This document shows positions 51,383 through 63,329 of a stretch of 64,000 nucleotides of DNA, piece after piece. The notes beneath the pieces were generated by a model, which did no database searches, was not told where the DNA came from, and was given only the letters and a program-made list of their open reading frames with translations. The DNA comes from Chlorobiaceae bacterium (GTDB lineage Bacteria > Bacteroidota > Chlorobiia > Chlorobiales > Chlorobiaceae), in contig JAAXWO010000010.1 in assembly GCA_013334965.1 (NCBI GenBank), forward strand, positions 22,522 through 86,521. The letters are read 5' to 3'. How positions within the stretch are numbered: the stretch's first letter is position 1; each line of letters starts with the position of its first letter. The position numbers and the translations under genes were made by a program.

Positions 51383-51497
51383 CCCGTCAGACCTTTCCCA
51401 AGTCCATCGTATTTTCCACGACAATACATCAGACTCCAAGGCTTCGGGACAGGCAGGCCAGGGATTTTGTTTTTTTAATTGCTAACCACTTATATCG

Positions 51498-53180
51498 ATG
51501 AGATCTGACACCATAAAGAAAGGGTTCGAAAAGGCCCCTCACCGCAGCCTGCTCAAGGCAACCGGAGCCGTTAAATCGCAAAGCGATTTCTCAAAGCCGT
51601 TTATCGGCATCTGCAACTCGTTCAACGAACTGATCCCCGGCCACGCACATCTCCAGGAGTTTGGCCGGATAGCCAAAGAGGCCGTGCGTGAAGCCGGAGG
51701 CGTCCCGTTCGAGTTCAACACCATCGGAGTGTGCGACGGCATTGCCATGGGCCATGTCGGAATGCGCTACTCCCTCGCCAGCCGTGAAATCATTGCCGAC
51801 TCGGTCGAGACCATGGTCGAGGCTCACCGCCTTGACGGTCTGGTCTGCATTCCGAACTGCGATAAAATCACCCCCGGAATGATGATGGGAGCCCTCAGGA
51901 CCAACGTCCCGGTCATCTTCGTTTCAGGCGGGCCGATGCAGGCAGGCCACACTCCATCAGGAAAGAGTGTTGACCTGATCTCTGTCTTCGAAGCCGTCGG
52001 CAAGTTCAGCACCGGTGAGATAAACGAAGAGGAGCTCCAGACCATCGAAGATTGCGGATGCCCCGGCTGCGGTTCGTGTTCGGGCATGTTCACGGCAAAC
52101 TCCATGAACTGCCTCTGCGAAGCGCTCGGATTTGCCCTGCCAGGCAACGGCACGATCCTCGCTGTCGACCCGAGAAGGCTGGAACTGGTCAAAACCGCTT
52201 CGAAAAGAATCGTCGACCTTGTCAGGAACGATGTCAGGCCGAGACAGATCCTCACTCGCCAGGCGCTGCTCAACGCATTCGCCCTCGACCTCGCCATGGG
52301 TGGAAGCACCAACACCATCCTGCATACGCTGGCGATCGCCAACGAAGCCGAACTCGATTTCGATTTTTCCGAGCTGAACGGCCTTTCGGCAAAAACGCCA
52401 TACATCTGCAAGGTGAGCCCTGCCACGACCGAGGTGCACATAGAAGATGTGGACCATGCAGGAGGGATATCAGCCATCCTGAAGGAGCTGTCGAAAATCG
52501 ACGGGCTGCTCGACCTCTCTGCCATGACCGTCACAGGCAGAACCCTTGGCGAGAACATTGCTGGAGCCGAAGTGCGCGACAACAAGGTCATCCGCCCGAT
52601 AAGCGACCCGTACTCAGCGACGGGCGGTCTTGCCGTGCTCTACGGGAACCTCGCCCCGAACGGCGCTGTTGTCAAGACGGGCGCCGTGAGCCCCTCCATG
52701 CTGAAACACATTGGGCCGGCAAAGGTTTACGACTGCCAGGACGACGCTATCGACGGCATCATGAACGGCGACGTGAAGTCGGGCGATGTCGTGGTCATCA
52801 GGTACGAAGGTCCGCGTGGAGGCCCCGGCATGCCGGAAATGCTTTCGCCAACCAGCGCCATCATGGGTCGCGGTCTCGGTGATTCGGTTGCCCTTATTAC
52901 CGACGGACGTTTTTCCGGAGGGTCAAGAGGAGCCTGCATAGGACATGTATCGCCGGAAGCCGCTGACAGGGGCCCCATTGCCGCACTGCAAACGGGCGAC
53001 ACGATCACCATCGACATCCCCGGGCGCAGCATGACGGTCAACCTCGACGACGAGACCATCAGGGAGAGAATTGCCGCCCTTGCTGATTTCGAGCCGAAAA
53101 TAAAGAAAGGATACCTTGCCCGCTATGCCCAGATGGTCACATCGGCAAATACGGGAGCTATCCTCAAGACGAAGTTTTAA
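51498..53180 (+). CDS. ilvD: Dihydroxy-acid dehydratase
   Basis: [43 protein letters not shown]. Confidence 0.97.
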   Translation: MRSDTIKKGFEKAPHRSLLKATGAVKSQSDFSKPFIGICNSFNELIPGHAHLQEFGRIAKEAVREAGGVPFEFNTIGVCDGIAMGHVGMRYSLASREIIADSVETMVEAHRLDGLVCIPNCDKITPGMMMGALRTNVPVIFVSGGPMQAGHTPSGKSVDLISVFEAVGKFSTGEINEEELQTIEDCGCPGCGSCSGMFTANSMNCLCEALGFALPGNGTILAVDPRRLELVKTASKRIVDLVRNDVRPRQILTRQALLNAFALDLAMGGSTNTILHTLAIANEAELDFDFSELNGLSAKTPYICKVSPATTEVHIEDVDHAGGISAILKELSKIDGLLDLSAMTVTGRTLGENIAGAEVRDNKVIRPISDPYSATGGLAVLYGNLAPNGAVVKTGAVSPSMLKHIGPAKVYDCQDDAIDGIMNGDVKSGDVVVIRYEGPRGGPGMPEMLSPTSAIMGRGLGDSVALITDGRFSGGSRGACIGHVSPEAADRGPIAALQTGDTITIDIPGRSMTVNLDDETIRERIAALADFEPKIKKGYLARYAQMVTSANTGAILKTKF

Positions 53181-53223
53181 TACAAGCGCCTGAGCCAGGC
53201 ATAAATAACAAATTGTTCGAACC

Positions 53224-54945
53224 ATGCATGAACAAGGACAGAAACTGAACGGATCCGAAATATTTTTCGAGTGTCTGCGACGTGAAAACGTCGAGTATAT
53301 TTTCGGCTACCCCGGCGGGGCGCTGCTGAAAGTTTACGAAACCCTCCATGAGGTCAAGGATATCAAGCATATCCTGGTGCGTCACGAGCAGGGCGCAACC
53401 CACATGGCCGAGGGCTATGCCCGCGCAACCGGAAGACCGGGCGTCGTGCTCGTCACTTCAGGTCCTGGCGCCACCAATACGGTCACAGGCATTTCGAACG
53501 CCTACATGGATTCTACGCCGATGGTTGTATTCACCGGACAGGTGCCCAGCACGCTGATCGGCAACGACGCGTTCCAGGAAGCGGACATCGTCGGCATCAC
53601 CAGGCCGATCACCAAGCACAACTTCCTGGTGAAGGATGTCAGGGAGCTTGCAGCCACCATCCGCAAAGCCTTCTTTCTTGCCACGACCGGCAGGCCGGGA
53701 CCGGTGCTTGTCGACATGCCGAAAGACGTGCTCAATGCCGAATGCTCCTTCGAGTGGCCTGACAGCGTGGATATCCGCGGATACAAGCCGACCGTGAAGT
53801 GCCACATGAACCAGGTCCAGAAGGCTGCGAAAATGATCGCCAAGGCCAAACGCCCGCTCTTTTACATCGGCGGCGGCGTCATCACGGCCGATGCCTCCGA
53901 AGAGCTGCGCCAGATTGCCATGGCACAGAACATCCCCGTCACCATGACCCTTCAGGGGCTCGGCGCATTCCCGGGCGACCACCCGCTGTCGATGGGCATG
54001 CTCGGCATGCACGGCACCTTCTGGGCGAACCAGGCAGTCAACAACTGCGACCTGCTCATCGCCGTCGGCGCAAGGTTCGACGACCGAGTCACGGGCAAGA
54101 TCGACACATTCGCGACGCAGGCGTTCAAGATCCATAACGACATCGACCCGACCAACGTCGACAAGAACATCAAGGTCGACCTGCCGGTCGTCGGCGACGC
54201 AAAGGATTTCCTTGCCTCGATACTGACCGAACTGCCGAAGAACCATGAGGACAGAAGCGCATGGATCGCCCAGATCATGGCGTGGCAGGAGCAGTGCCCG
54301 ATGACTTATGCCGACGAGGGGGACTCCCTGAAAACCGAGTTCGTCATCGACGAAGTCTCGAAGCAGACGGCAGGACGCGCCGTGGTCGTGACCGACGTCG
54401 GCCAGCACCAGATGTGGACTGCGCAGTATTACAAGTTCACGGAACCACGCTCGATCATCACCAGCGGCGGCCTCGGCACGATGGGCTTCGGCCTGCCTGC
54501 GTCGATCGGAGCCGCGTTCGGAGTGACCGACCGTCCGGTGGTCCTGTTCTGCGGCGACGGAGGCCTGATGATGAACATCCAGGAGATGGTGACCGCCGTG
54601 CACAACAAGGTTCCGATCAAGATATTCCTGATCAACAACAGTTATCTCGGCATGGTCCGCCAGTGGCAGGAGCTTTTCCACAAGGAGAAATACTCCTTCA
54701 CCGACCTTGAGGAGAGCAACCCCGATTTCGTCAAGCTGGCAGAAGCGTTCGGCTGCAGGGCAGTCAGCGCACGTACGCCCGATGAAGCAAGAATCGCCAT
54801 AAGGGAAGCGCTCGCATACAACGACGGGCCGACGTTTGTCGAGTTCCGAGTCATCAGAAAGGACATGGTCTTCCCGATGGTCCCTGCCGGCGGCTCGATC
54901 TCCGACATGCTTCTCGCCAGGCTGAATCCCAAAACCATGGTTTAA
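53224..54945 (+). CDS. ilvB: Acetolactate synthase large subunit
   Basis: FGYPGGA, RHEQGA, TSGPGATN, GQHQMW, GDGG TPP motif. Confidence 0.96.
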   Translation: MHEQGQKLNGSEIFFECLRRENVEYIFGYPGGALLKVYETLHEVKDIKHILVRHEQGATHMAEGYARATGRPGVVLVTSGPGATNTVTGISNAYMDSTPMVVFTGQVPSTLIGNDAFQEADIVGITRPITKHNFLVKDVRELAATIRKAFFLATTGRPGPVLVDMPKDVLNAECSFEWPDSVDIRGYKPTVKCHMNQVQKAAKMIAKAKRPLFYIGGGVITADASEELRQIAMAQNIPVTMTLQGLGAFPGDHPLSMGMLGMHGTFWANQAVNNCDLLIAVGARFDDRVTGKIDTFATQAFKIHNDIDPTNVDKNIKVDLPVVGDAKDFLASILTELPKNHEDRSAWIAQIMAWQEQCPMTYADEGDSLKTEFVIDEVSKQTAGRAVVVTDVGQHQMWTAQYYKFTEPRSIITSGGLGTMGFGLPASIGAAFGVTDRPVVLFCGDGGLMMNIQEMVTAVHNKVPIKIFLINNSYLGMVRQWQELFHKEKYSFTDLEESNPDFVKLAEAFGCRAVSARTPDEARIAIREALAYNDGPTFVEFRVIRKDMVFPMVPAGGSISDMLLARLNPKTMV

Positions 54946-54951
54946 GCACCT

Positions 54952-55431
54952 ATGAAACACCTAATATCTGTACTGGTCGAAAACAAATTCGGCACCTTGA
55001 ACCGGGTTGCTGCCATGTTCAGCGCCCGCGGGTTCAATCTCGAAAGCATCTCCATCGGCGAGACCGAAGATGCTGAAGTTTCACGCATGACCATCGTCAC
55101 CCGCGGAGAAGACCGCATCATAAGCCAGGTGCTGAAACAGCTCAACAGGCTTGTGGATACTATCAAGGTGACCGATCTGACCCACCAGCCCCACGTCGAG
55201 CGGGAACTGCTCCTGATGAGCCTGAAACTGACCAAAACGGCACAGCACGAGATTTTCGAGCTGATCAACGTTTTTAAGGGAAAAGTCGTGGATATAAAGC
55301 AAAAATCCATTACTATTGAGGTCATCGGTTCGCCGGACAAAATCAACACGGCCATCGACCTTTTCAGGCCTTTCGGCATCCGGGAACTTGCGCGTTCCGG
55401 CGCGGTTGCCATTCACCGCGGTGAAAACTGA
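54952..55431 (+). CDS. ilvN: Acetolactate synthase small subunit
   Basis: LVENKFGTLNRV..MFSARGFNLES ACT domain. Confidence 0.95.
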   Translation: MKHLISVLVENKFGTLNRVAAMFSARGFNLESISIGETEDAEVSRMTIVTRGEDRIISQVLKQLNRLVDTIKVTDLTHQPHVERELLLMSLKLTKTAQHEIFELINVFKGKVVDIKQKSITIEVIGSPDKINTAIDLFRPFGIRELARSGAVAIHRGEN

Positions 55432-55462
55432 TTTTATTTATGTCTAACCAGTCAACACGCTT

Positions 55463-56461
55463 ATGTCAATGAATGTTTATTACGAGCAGGATGCCGATCT
55501 CGCGGTACTGCAGAACAAAAATATCGCTATCCTCGGCTACGGAAGCCAGGGTCACGCCCATGCACTGAACCTGAAGGACAGCGGCATGAACGTCTGCGTC
55601 GGTCTCCGCACCGACAGCTCATCATGCACCAAGGCGCGTGAAGCCGGCCTCAGGGTCGAGACGGTCGCTGAAGCGGTCAAGTGGGCCGACATCATCATGG
55701 TGCTCCTGCCCGACCAGACCCAGAAAAGCGTCTATGAAAGCGAAATCCTGCCGAACCTGAAACCTGGCAACACGCTCGCGTTCGGACACGGCTTCAATAT
55801 CCACTACAAGCAGATCGTCCCTCCGGCTGACGTCGATGTGATCATGATTGCACCGAAGAGCCCCGGCCACCTCGTCCGCAGGACTTACACCGAAGGCAAC
55901 GGCGTCCCGTGCCTGATCGCGGTACACCAGGACTTCACCGGCGAAGCCAAGAAAACGGCGCTTGCCTGGGCAAGGGGAATCGGCGGCACAAAAGCCGGCG
56001 TCATCGAGACCAACTTCAAGGATGAGACCGAAACCGACCTCTTCGGCGAACAGGCCGTTCTCTGCGGCGGTTCCGCCGAGCTGATCAAGGCTGGCTTCGA
56101 AACCCTCACCGAAGCAGGCTACCCTGCTGAGCTCGCCTATTTCGAGTGCATGCACGAGCTGAAACTCATCGTGGACCTGTACTATGAAGGCGGCCTGTCA
56201 CGCATGAACTACTCGGTCAGCGACACTGCCGAATACGGCGGCATGACCAGGGGCCCGCGCCTCATCACCTCCGCCGTCAAGGCCGAGATGAAAAAGATAC
56301 TCGAAGAGGTCCAGGACGGCCGCTTCGCAAAAGAGTTCATCGACGAGTGCAATTCGGGATACAACTCCCTGAACAGCCTCCGCGAGAGCAATCGCAACCA
56401 CCCGATCGAAAAAGTCGGTGCGAAGCTTCGTGAGATGATGAGCTGGCTCAAGAAGAAATAA
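55463..56461 (+). CDS. ilvC: Ketol-acid reductoisomerase
   Basis: [27 protein letters not shown]. Confidence 0.97.
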   Translation: MSMNVYYEQDADLAVLQNKNIAILGYGSQGHAHALNLKDSGMNVCVGLRTDSSSCTKAREAGLRVETVAEAVKWADIIMVLLPDQTQKSVYESEILPNLKPGNTLAFGHGFNIHYKQIVPPADVDVIMIAPKSPGHLVRRTYTEGNGVPCLIAVHQDFTGEAKKTALAWARGIGGTKAGVIETNFKDETETDLFGEQAVLCGGSAELIKAGFETLTEAGYPAELAYFECMHELKLIVDLYYEGGLSRMNYSVSDTAEYGGMTRGPRLITSAVKAEMKKILEEVQDGRFAKEFIDECNSGYNSLNSLRESNRNHPIEKVGAKLREMMSWLKKK

Positions 56462-57528
56462 TGCGGAGAGCCATGTACAAGATTGTTTCAATTCCCGGTG
56501 ACGGCATCGGCCCCGAAGTGGTGGCCGGCGCCGTTGACGTGATCAACGCCATAGCGAAAAAACACGGACTTACCATCGTCATTGAAGAGCACCTGTTCGG
56601 CGGCGCTTCGTATGACGTTCACGGCAGCATGCTGACCGATGAAACCCTGGAAGCCTGCAGGAACTGCGACGCCGTCCTTCTCGGCGCGGTAGGCGGCCCC
56701 AAATGGGAAAGCCTGCCCCATGCTGAAAAGCCGGAAGCGGCCCTGCTCAAGATCCGCAAGGAGCTTGGACTGTTCGCCAACCTGCGCCCGGCGAAAGTAT
56801 ACGACGCACTGGTCGACGCATCGACGCTCAAGGCCGAAGTTGTCAGGGGCACAGATTTCATGGTGTTCAGGGAACTTACCGGCGGCATCTATTTCGGCCA
56901 GCCAAGGGGCTACGACGAGAACAAGGGCTGGAACACGATGGTGTACGAGCGTTACGAAGTCGAGCGCATCGCACGTCTGGCTTTCGAGGCCGCGCAGAAA
57001 CGCGGCAACGTCAAGGTCACCTCGATCGACAAGGCAAACGTTCTCGAAGTTTCGCAGTTCTGGCGGAACGTCGTGCATGAAGTACACAAGGACTTCCCGG
57101 AGATCGAGCTTGTGGATATGTACGTCGACAACGCGGCCATGCAGATCGTGCGCAACCCGAAACAGTTTGACGTCATCGTAACGAGCAACCTGTTCGGCGA
57201 CATCCTGAGCGACATTTCCGGAATGATCACCGGAAGCCTCGGTATGCTCCCGTCTGCAAGCATCGGGTCAAAGCATGCGCTCTACGAACCGATTCACGGC
57301 AGCGCGCCTGACATCGCAGGACAGAACAAGGCAAACCCGATCGCAACCATCGCCTCGGTGGCCATGATGTTCGAAAACAGCTTCTGCATGCCAGACGTTG
57401 CGACCGAGATTTACGATGCGATCGAAGCGGCTCTTGCCACAGGCATCCGCACGGCCGACATTGCAAAACCCGGCGAGAAAAGCGTTTCGACTACAGAAAT
57501 GACCGCTGCGATCGTCGCCCGCATCTGA
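56461..57528 (+). CDS. leuB: 3-isopropylmalate dehydrogenase
   Basis: GDGIGPEV, NLFGDILSD, YEPIHGSAPDIAG; start may be 56473. Confidence 0.96.
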   Translation: MRRAMYKIVSIPGDGIGPEVVAGAVDVINAIAKKHGLTIVIEEHLFGGASYDVHGSMLTDETLEACRNCDAVLLGAVGGPKWESLPHAEKPEAALLKIRKELGLFANLRPAKVYDALVDASTLKAEVVRGTDFMVFRELTGGIYFGQPRGYDENKGWNTMVYERYEVERIARLAFEAAQKRGNVKVTSIDKANVLEVSQFWRNVVHEVHKDFPEIELVDMYVDNAAMQIVRNPKQFDVIVTSNLFGDILSDISGMITGSLGMLPSASIGSKHALYEPIHGSAPDIAGQNKANPIATIASVAMMFENSFCMPDVATEIYDAIEAALATGIRTADIAKPGEKSVSTTEMTAAIVARI

Positions 57529-57734
57529 AGAGAGGCGACCCCTCCTGCCGATCAAGTAATGCCAATGGCAGGAACCACGACAGAGCAAGTGCGGCGGGCA
57601 ACCGCCGCCGAAGAAGCCGGGGCTCTGTCAGTCACCGGCTTTTCGGTTTCAGGGGCATGGACGGAGAGACATGGCATTCTCCCCTCCCCGACAAGTTCAA
57701 TGAAGGGTACACTGATAACGGAATCTGATACACC

Positions 57735-59030
57735 ATGGCACAAACGATAACCCAGAAAATTTTCGCCAAAGCCGCCAACCGCAAATTCGTCGATGCGGGT
57801 CAGAGCGTATGGCTCAATGTCGACGTCCTCCTGACGCATGACGTCTGCGGACCGCCGACTTTCGATATCTTCAAGCATGAGTTCGGTCCGGACGCCAAAG
57901 TCTGGAATCCGGAGAAAGTGGTCGTGCTTCCTGACCACTACATCTTCACCAGCAACGAACACGCCCACAGGAACATCGACCTCCTGAGGCAGTTCGCGGC
58001 AGAGCAGCACCTGCCCAACTACTACGACGTAGGCACCGACCGCTACCGCGGCGTCTGCCACGTGGCGTTGGCAGAAGAGGGCTTCAACCTTCCCGGCACC
58101 GTGCTCTTCGGTACCGACTCGCACACCTGCACATCAGGTGCATTCGGCATGTTCGGCTCCGGCATCGGCAACACCGACGCCGCGTTCATTCTCGGCACCG
58201 GCAAACTCTGGGAGAAGGTCCCGGAATCGATGAAGTTCACCTTCGAAGGCCAGATGCCGGAATACCTGACGGCAAAAGACCTGATCCTTCAGATCCTCGG
58301 CGATATCGGCACCGACGGTGCGACCTACCGCGCGATGGAGTTCGATGGCGAAGCAGTTTACTCCCTGTCGATGGACGAACGCATGACCCTGTGCAACATG
58401 GCCATCGAAGCCGGCGGCATGAACGGCATCATCGGCGTCGACGCAGTGACCGAAGCCTTCGTCAAGGCTCGCTCCAGCAAGCCATACGAAGTCTTCGCAA
58501 GCGATCCGGACGCCACGTACCACAGCATGTACCGCTACCGTGTCGACCAGATGGAACCGGTCGTCGCCCAGCCGCACAGCCCGGACAACCGCGCCACCGT
58601 CAGGAGCGTTGCCGGTACGCCGATCACCAAATCGTACATCGGCTCATGCACCGGCGGCAAGCTAACGGACTTCATGCTCGCGGCAAAGATCCTGAAAGGC
58701 AAGAAGGTTGCCGTAACGACAAACATCGTGCCAGCGACCGTACTTGTTGCTTCACAGCTCTCCACGGAGACCTACGAAGGCCAGACCCTCAGATCCATCT
58801 TCGAGGAGGCCGGATGCAGCATCGCACTGCCGTCATGCGCAGCATGCCTTGGCGGACCTGCCGATACCGTCGGTCGTTCGGTGGACAAGGACGTCGTGGT
58901 TTCGACGACCAACAGGAACTTCCCCGGACGCATGGGCAGCAAGCACGCAGGCGTTTATCTCGCCTCGCCGCTGACAGCAGCAGCATCGGCCGTAACTGGA
59001 AAACTTACCGATCCGAGGGATTTCCTCTGA
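57735..59030 (+). CDS. leuC: 3-isopropylmalate dehydratase large subunit
   Basis: DSHTCT.GA.G, IGSCTGG, CAACLG, STTNRNFPGRMG. Confidence 0.95.
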   Translation: MAQTITQKIFAKAANRKFVDAGQSVWLNVDVLLTHDVCGPPTFDIFKHEFGPDAKVWNPEKVVVLPDHYIFTSNEHAHRNIDLLRQFAAEQHLPNYYDVGTDRYRGVCHVALAEEGFNLPGTVLFGTDSHTCTSGAFGMFGSGIGNTDAAFILGTGKLWEKVPESMKFTFEGQMPEYLTAKDLILQILGDIGTDGATYRAMEFDGEAVYSLSMDERMTLCNMAIEAGGMNGIIGVDAVTEAFVKARSSKPYEVFASDPDATYHSMYRYRVDQMEPVVAQPHSPDNRATVRSVAGTPITKSYIGSCTGGKLTDFMLAAKILKGKKVAVTTNIVPATVLVASQLSTETYEGQTLRSIFEEAGCSIALPSCAACLGGPADTVGRSVDKDVVVSTTNRNFPGRMGSKHAGVYLASPLTAAASAVTGKLTDPRDFL

Positions 59031-59066
59031 TCGCATGAAGCATATGACTAAGGAAAACTAACTACC

Positions 59067-59639
59067 ATGGAAACCATCATTCAGGGAAAAGCCTACGTCC
59101 TCGGCAAGAATATCGACACTGACCAGATCATTCCGGCCGAACACCTCGTCTACAGCCTCTCGGACCCGGAAGAGGTGAAGATGTACGGCAAATACGCACT
59201 ATCCGGAGTTCCGGTCGAGCAGGGCGGCCTGCCTGAAGGGGGAATTCCCTTCGTTCAGGAAGGAAGCTTCGCGTCACCATACTCCATCATCATCGCAGGA
59301 CCTAATTTCGGTTGCGGTTCTTCGAGGGAACACGCCCCCTTCTCGCTTCAGGTCGCAGGAGCGAAGGCCATCATCGCAGAGTCCTATGCGAGGATCTTTT
59401 ACCGCAACTGTGTAGACGGCGGATTTGTCATCCCTTACGAAACCGCACAGCAGTTGAACAAGTCGGTCGTGACCGGCGATGAACTGTCGATCGACATTCA
59501 GGCAAATACGCTCACGAATCTGACCCAGAACGTCACCTACCAGCTCAAGCCGCTGGGAGACGTAGCCAACATCGTCCAGGCCGGAGGAATTTTCGAGTAC
59601 GCCAGGAAAAACGACCTTATGGCCACAAGCCAGGCATAA
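59067..59639 (+). CDS. leuD: 3-isopropylmalate dehydratase small subunit
   Basis: NIDTDQIIP, NFGCGSSREHA, SYARIFYRN. Confidence 0.95.
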   Translation: METIIQGKAYVLGKNIDTDQIIPAEHLVYSLSDPEEVKMYGKYALSGVPVEQGGLPEGGIPFVQEGSFASPYSIIIAGPNFGCGSSREHAPFSLQVAGAKAIIAESYARIFYRNCVDGGFVIPYETAQQLNKSVVTGDELSIDIQANTLTNLTQNVTYQLKPLGDVANIVQAGGIFEYARKNDLMATSQA

Positions 59640-59655
59640 AAGCATAACAAGAAGT

Positions 59656-61260
59656 ATGGCAATTGAACTGTATGACACGACCCTGCGTGACGGCACGCAG
59701 GGTGAACACATCAATCTTTCGGTCCAGGACAAGCTTCTGATCGCCGAACGACTCGACGAATTCGGTGTAGACTACATCGAAGGCGGATGGCCGAGCAGCA
59801 ATCCGAAAGACGAGGAGTTCTTCCAGAAATCAAAGGCGCTGGCATTGAGGCACGCTCGCCTCTCGTCATTCGGTTCAACGGCAAGGACGGTCTCCAATAT
59901 CGAGAACGACCCGAACCTTGTCGGGCTCCTGAAATCCGAAACACCGGTCATCACCATATTCGGCAAAACCTGGAAAGCTCACTCTTCCAAGGGTCTCGGC
60001 ATATCCGACGAGGAGAATGCGGAGCTGATCCACGGATCGGTACGTTTCCTTTCAGAACAGGGCCGTGAGGTGTTTTTCGACGCCGAACACTTCTTTGACG
60101 GATGGAAAGACAACGCTGCATTCGCTGAAAAGATGCTCAGGTCAGCCGTTGAGGCCGGGGCAAAAAGAGTGATACTCTGTGACACCAACGGCGGATCGCT
60201 GCCTCATGAGGTATCCGCGATTGTCAAAAGGGTACTGGAAATCGTCTCCGTGCCTGTAGGCATCCACGCCCACAACGATGGCGACCTGGCCGTTGCCAAC
60301 TCAATCGAAGCGGTACGGGCCGGAGCCACACAGGTGCAAGGCACCATCAACGGAATCGGTGAGCGATGCGGCAATGCAAACCTGATCAGCATCGTCCCGA
60401 ACGTCATGCTCAAGCTTGACGGGGAGTTCTGCAGCGTAAGGGACCTCAAACAGCTGACATCGATGTCCAAATTCGTGTTCGAGATACTCAACCTTCCTCC
60501 CGACACCAAAGCTCCGTTCGTCGGCAAATCGGCGTTTGCCCACAAGGGCGGCATCCATGTCAGCGCCGTGATGAAGGAGAGTTCACTGTACGAGCATATC
60601 GACCCTGCCCTGGTGGGAAACCGCCAGAGAGTCCTTGTTTCGGAACTTGCCGGTCAAAGCAATATCCGGTACAAAGCCCAGGAACTCGGCATCAGCCTGC
60701 CGGATAAAGGTGAACTGTTCAAACGACTGGTCAACAACATCAAAACGCTGGAACACCAGGGCCTGCAATTCGATGGAGCCGAAGCCTCTTTCGAACTGAT
60801 CCTCAGGCGCGAAATGGGTCAGTTCACACCGTTCTTCGAGGTTCTTGAATCCAAAATCAACATCGAAAACGGCAAGGATATCCGTTCGGTCGACCAGGCC
60901 GTATTGAAAGTAGCCGTAGGAGAAAAAACCGAACTTACCGTAGCGCACGGCGACGGTCCGGTCAATGCGCTCGACAAGGCGCTACGCAAGGCATTGATAG
61001 GGTTTTACCCGGAAATCCGCGCCATTCGCCTCATCGACTACAAGGTTCGCGTACTTGAGGAAAAACGGGGGACGAGCGCCAAGGTCAGGGTGCTGATCGA
61101 AAGCAGCGACGGGCAGAAAACGTGGGGCACGGTCGGCGTTTCGACAAATATCATCGAGGCGAGCCTTCAGGCCTTGAGCGACAGCATCAACTACTACCTG
61201 TTCAATACCAAATCGAGAGCTTCATCGGGAACTCCTGCCGAACCGGCCATTAATGCCTGA
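59656..61260 (+). CDS. cimA: Citramalate synthase (LeuA-family)
   Basis: [38 protein letters not shown], CimA-type features. Confidence 0.85.
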   Translation: MAIELYDTTLRDGTQGEHINLSVQDKLLIAERLDEFGVDYIEGGWPSSNPKDEEFFQKSKALALRHARLSSFGSTARTVSNIENDPNLVGLLKSETPVITIFGKTWKAHSSKGLGISDEENAELIHGSVRFLSEQGREVFFDAEHFFDGWKDNAAFAEKMLRSAVEAGAKRVILCDTNGGSLPHEVSAIVKRVLEIVSVPVGIHAHNDGDLAVANSIEAVRAGATQVQGTINGIGERCGNANLISIVPNVMLKLDGEFCSVRDLKQLTSMSKFVFEILNLPPDTKAPFVGKSAFAHKGGIHVSAVMKESSLYEHIDPALVGNRQRVLVSELAGQSNIRYKAQELGISLPDKGELFKRLVNNIKTLEHQGLQFDGAEASFELILRREMGQFTPFFEVLESKINIENGKDIRSVDQAVLKVAVGEKTELTVAHGDGPVNALDKALRKALIGFYPEIRAIRLIDYKVRVLEEKRGTSAKVRVLIESSDGQKTWGTVGVSTNIIEASLQALSDSINYYLFNTKSRASSGTPAEPAINA

Positions 61261-61352
61261 TACTGAGTTTTATCCGATGCCGGAGTTCCCTGCATCGGAT
61301 AAAACGACTGATTGCATCTATCGAAAATCATAACTCCTGCCCCTACAGGACT

Positions 61353-62021
61353 ATGCGAATTCACGACATCGACCCGGACAATCGGCCGAGGGAGCGATTT
61401 CTCCGCTCAGGCCCATCTTCGCTCAGCCCGGCGGAACTTCTCGCGCTCATCCTCCGCTCAGGCACACGCAAACTGAACATCCTCGACACCTGCAACCGGA
61501 TCATCGCAGAGCACAGCCTGGAGCGGCTTGCCGATCTCTCGCTCAAGGAGCTTCAGAAAATGCCCGGCATAGGCGAGGCCAAGGCGATGCAGATCTCCGC
61601 AGTCTTCGAATTGAACAAACGCCTGCACCACACGCGAAACCTGAACCGTAAAGTCCATGGCGCACGTGACGTATTCGAGTACATGACAGGCAGGATTCCC
61701 GATGAAAGCAGGGAACATCTCTGCGTCCTGTTCCTCAACACGAGAAACCAGATCATCCGACACGAGTTCGTTTCAGTCGGAACGCTGACGGCGTCACTCA
61801 TCCATCCGAGGGAGATCTTCAAGGCGGCAATCCGTGAGAGTGCTCACTCCATCATCCTGGTGCATAACCATCCGTCAGGCGATGTCCAGCCAAGCAACGC
61901 TGACAAACAGGTCACGACCATCCTGAAACAGGCAGGCAATCTTCTCCAGATCGAGCTGCTCGACCATGTGATCGTGGGAAGTGAAGACTGGTTCAGCTTC
62001 AGGGATCACTCTCTGCTTTAA
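61353..62021 (+). CDS. radC: RadC/JAB-domain protein
   Basis: [30 protein letters not shown]. Confidence 0.95.
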   Translation: MRIHDIDPDNRPRERFLRSGPSSLSPAELLALILRSGTRKLNILDTCNRIIAEHSLERLADLSLKELQKMPGIGEAKAMQISAVFELNKRLHHTRNLNRKVHGARDVFEYMTGRIPDESREHLCVLFLNTRNQIIRHEFVSVGTLTASLIHPREIFKAAIRESAHSIILVHNHPSGDVQPSNADKQVTTILKQAGNLLQIELLDHVIVGSEDWFSFRDHSLL

Positions 62022-62161
62022 TGTTTTGAGGACCTTGTTAAGTTCGCGCTTAGCACCATGACAGGCGTGCTTTTCCTGTTGAAGGAACCCGCAGAAGCGG
62101 ATGTTCAGGAAAAGATGATTCAAATAGGCAGTCTGGAGAAACTGCCTGTAAAAACACTGCG

Positions 62162-62440
62162 TTACAGCTCGTTACCGGTGGCAGAGCTTTTTACCGATTC
62201 CATATCGGGTAAAGGCATGGGACCGCCTTCAACCGGGAACTCACGCACATTTTTAGCCTGAAGACCTTTCTGGGTCTTGTCAAGTTCAAACTCTACTTCC
62301 GCATCCTGGTTGAGAACCTTGAAGGTCTGCTCGGAACAGATCGCCGAAAAATGTACAAAAATGTCTTCTCCGCCCTCAGGGTTGATGATAAAACCATACC
62401 CTTTTTTCCCATCGAACCACTTTACTTTGCTTTTAGGCAT
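62162..62440 (-). CDS. Cold-shock domain protein
   Basis: [23 protein letters not shown]. Confidence 0.93.
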   Translation of the reverse strand: MPKSKVKWFDGKKGYGFIINPEGGEDIFVHFSAICSEQTFKVLNQDAEVEFELDKTQKGLQAKNVREFPVEGGPMPLPDMESVKSSATGNEL

Positions 62441-62592
62441 ATCGCACATCCGTGGCTTATGTTACAAAAAGTAATCATTACGTAGAAACCCCTACAAAAC
62501 AAATATATATATTTTACTCTGTCAGAGCAACAACTGCGGGCATTTTCGGTTTAATTACACTCATTGAAGATCAACATTTTTCGTCATTTATT

Positions 62593-63327
62593 ATGCAAAA
62601 CATCATTCTTGTCACCGGTGCCGGAAAAGGTATCGGCAGGGCAATCGCCCTTGCTTTCGCTCAGGCAGGAAGACATAATCCGGATTTTGATCCGCTGCTC
62701 ATACTCTCCTCAAGAACGCCGGCAGACCTCGAATCCATCTCGCTGGAATGTCGTGCTGAAGGAGCGGTCACCGATACGGTCGCAGCCGACATTGCAAGCA
62801 TGACAGATGTAAAACGACTTTCAGATAACGTTCTTAAGCGTTATGGAACCATTGACTGTCTCGTGAACAACGCAGGAGTCGGACGGTTCAAACCGCTTGC
62901 AGAAATGACGGAAGACGACTACAACCATACGATGGACACCAACCTTAAAGGTACCTTTTTCCTGACCCAGGCACTCTTCCCCGCCATGGAGCGCAAACGT
63001 TCCGGGCACATCTTTTTCATCACTTCAGTAGCCGCTGAAAAAGCGTTCAAACACTCCTCATTATACTGCATGTCGAAATTCGGCCAGAAAGGACTTGTGG
63101 AAACTATGCGTCTATACGCGAGGGAATGCAATGTCAGGATTACCGAGGTCCTGCCGGGAGCTGTGCACACCCCAATGTGGGGCGAGGTAAGCGAAAACTT
63201 TCAATCGCTCATGATGACTCCTGAGGACATCGCCGCTCCGGTAGTCCAGGCATATCTCCAACCTTCACGAACGACAGTGGAACAGATAGTATTAAGGCCG
63301 ACAGGAGGCGATCTGCAGGATAGCTGA
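62593..63327 (+). CDS. Short-chain dehydrogenase, Chlorobium sepiapterin reductase-like
   Basis: TGAGKGIG, NNAG, YCMSK; distinctive ..DFDP.L.LSSRT segment as recalled from the C. tepidum enzyme. Confidence 0.85.
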   Translation: MQNIILVTGAGKGIGRAIALAFAQAGRHNPDFDPLLILSSRTPADLESISLECRAEGAVTDTVAADIASMTDVKRLSDNVLKRYGTIDCLVNNAGVGRFKPLAEMTEDDYNHTMDTNLKGTFFLTQALFPAMERKRSGHIFFITSVAAEKAFKHSSLYCMSKFGQKGLVETMRLYARECNVRITEVLPGAVHTPMWGEVSENFQSLMMTPEDIAAPVVQAYLQPSRTTVEQIVLRPTGGDLQDS

Positions 63328-63329
63328 GA

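Noticed and set aside
53458-54960. 500-aa minus-strand ORF, and similar long antisense ORFs over oppD, mfd, ald and leuB
   Set aside because: Antisense shadows of well-conserved genes, caused by codon bias.
61353-62021. radC as a mobile-element anti-defence gene
   Set aside because: Full-length chromosomal type with N-terminal HhH, in host context 26 kb outside the element.
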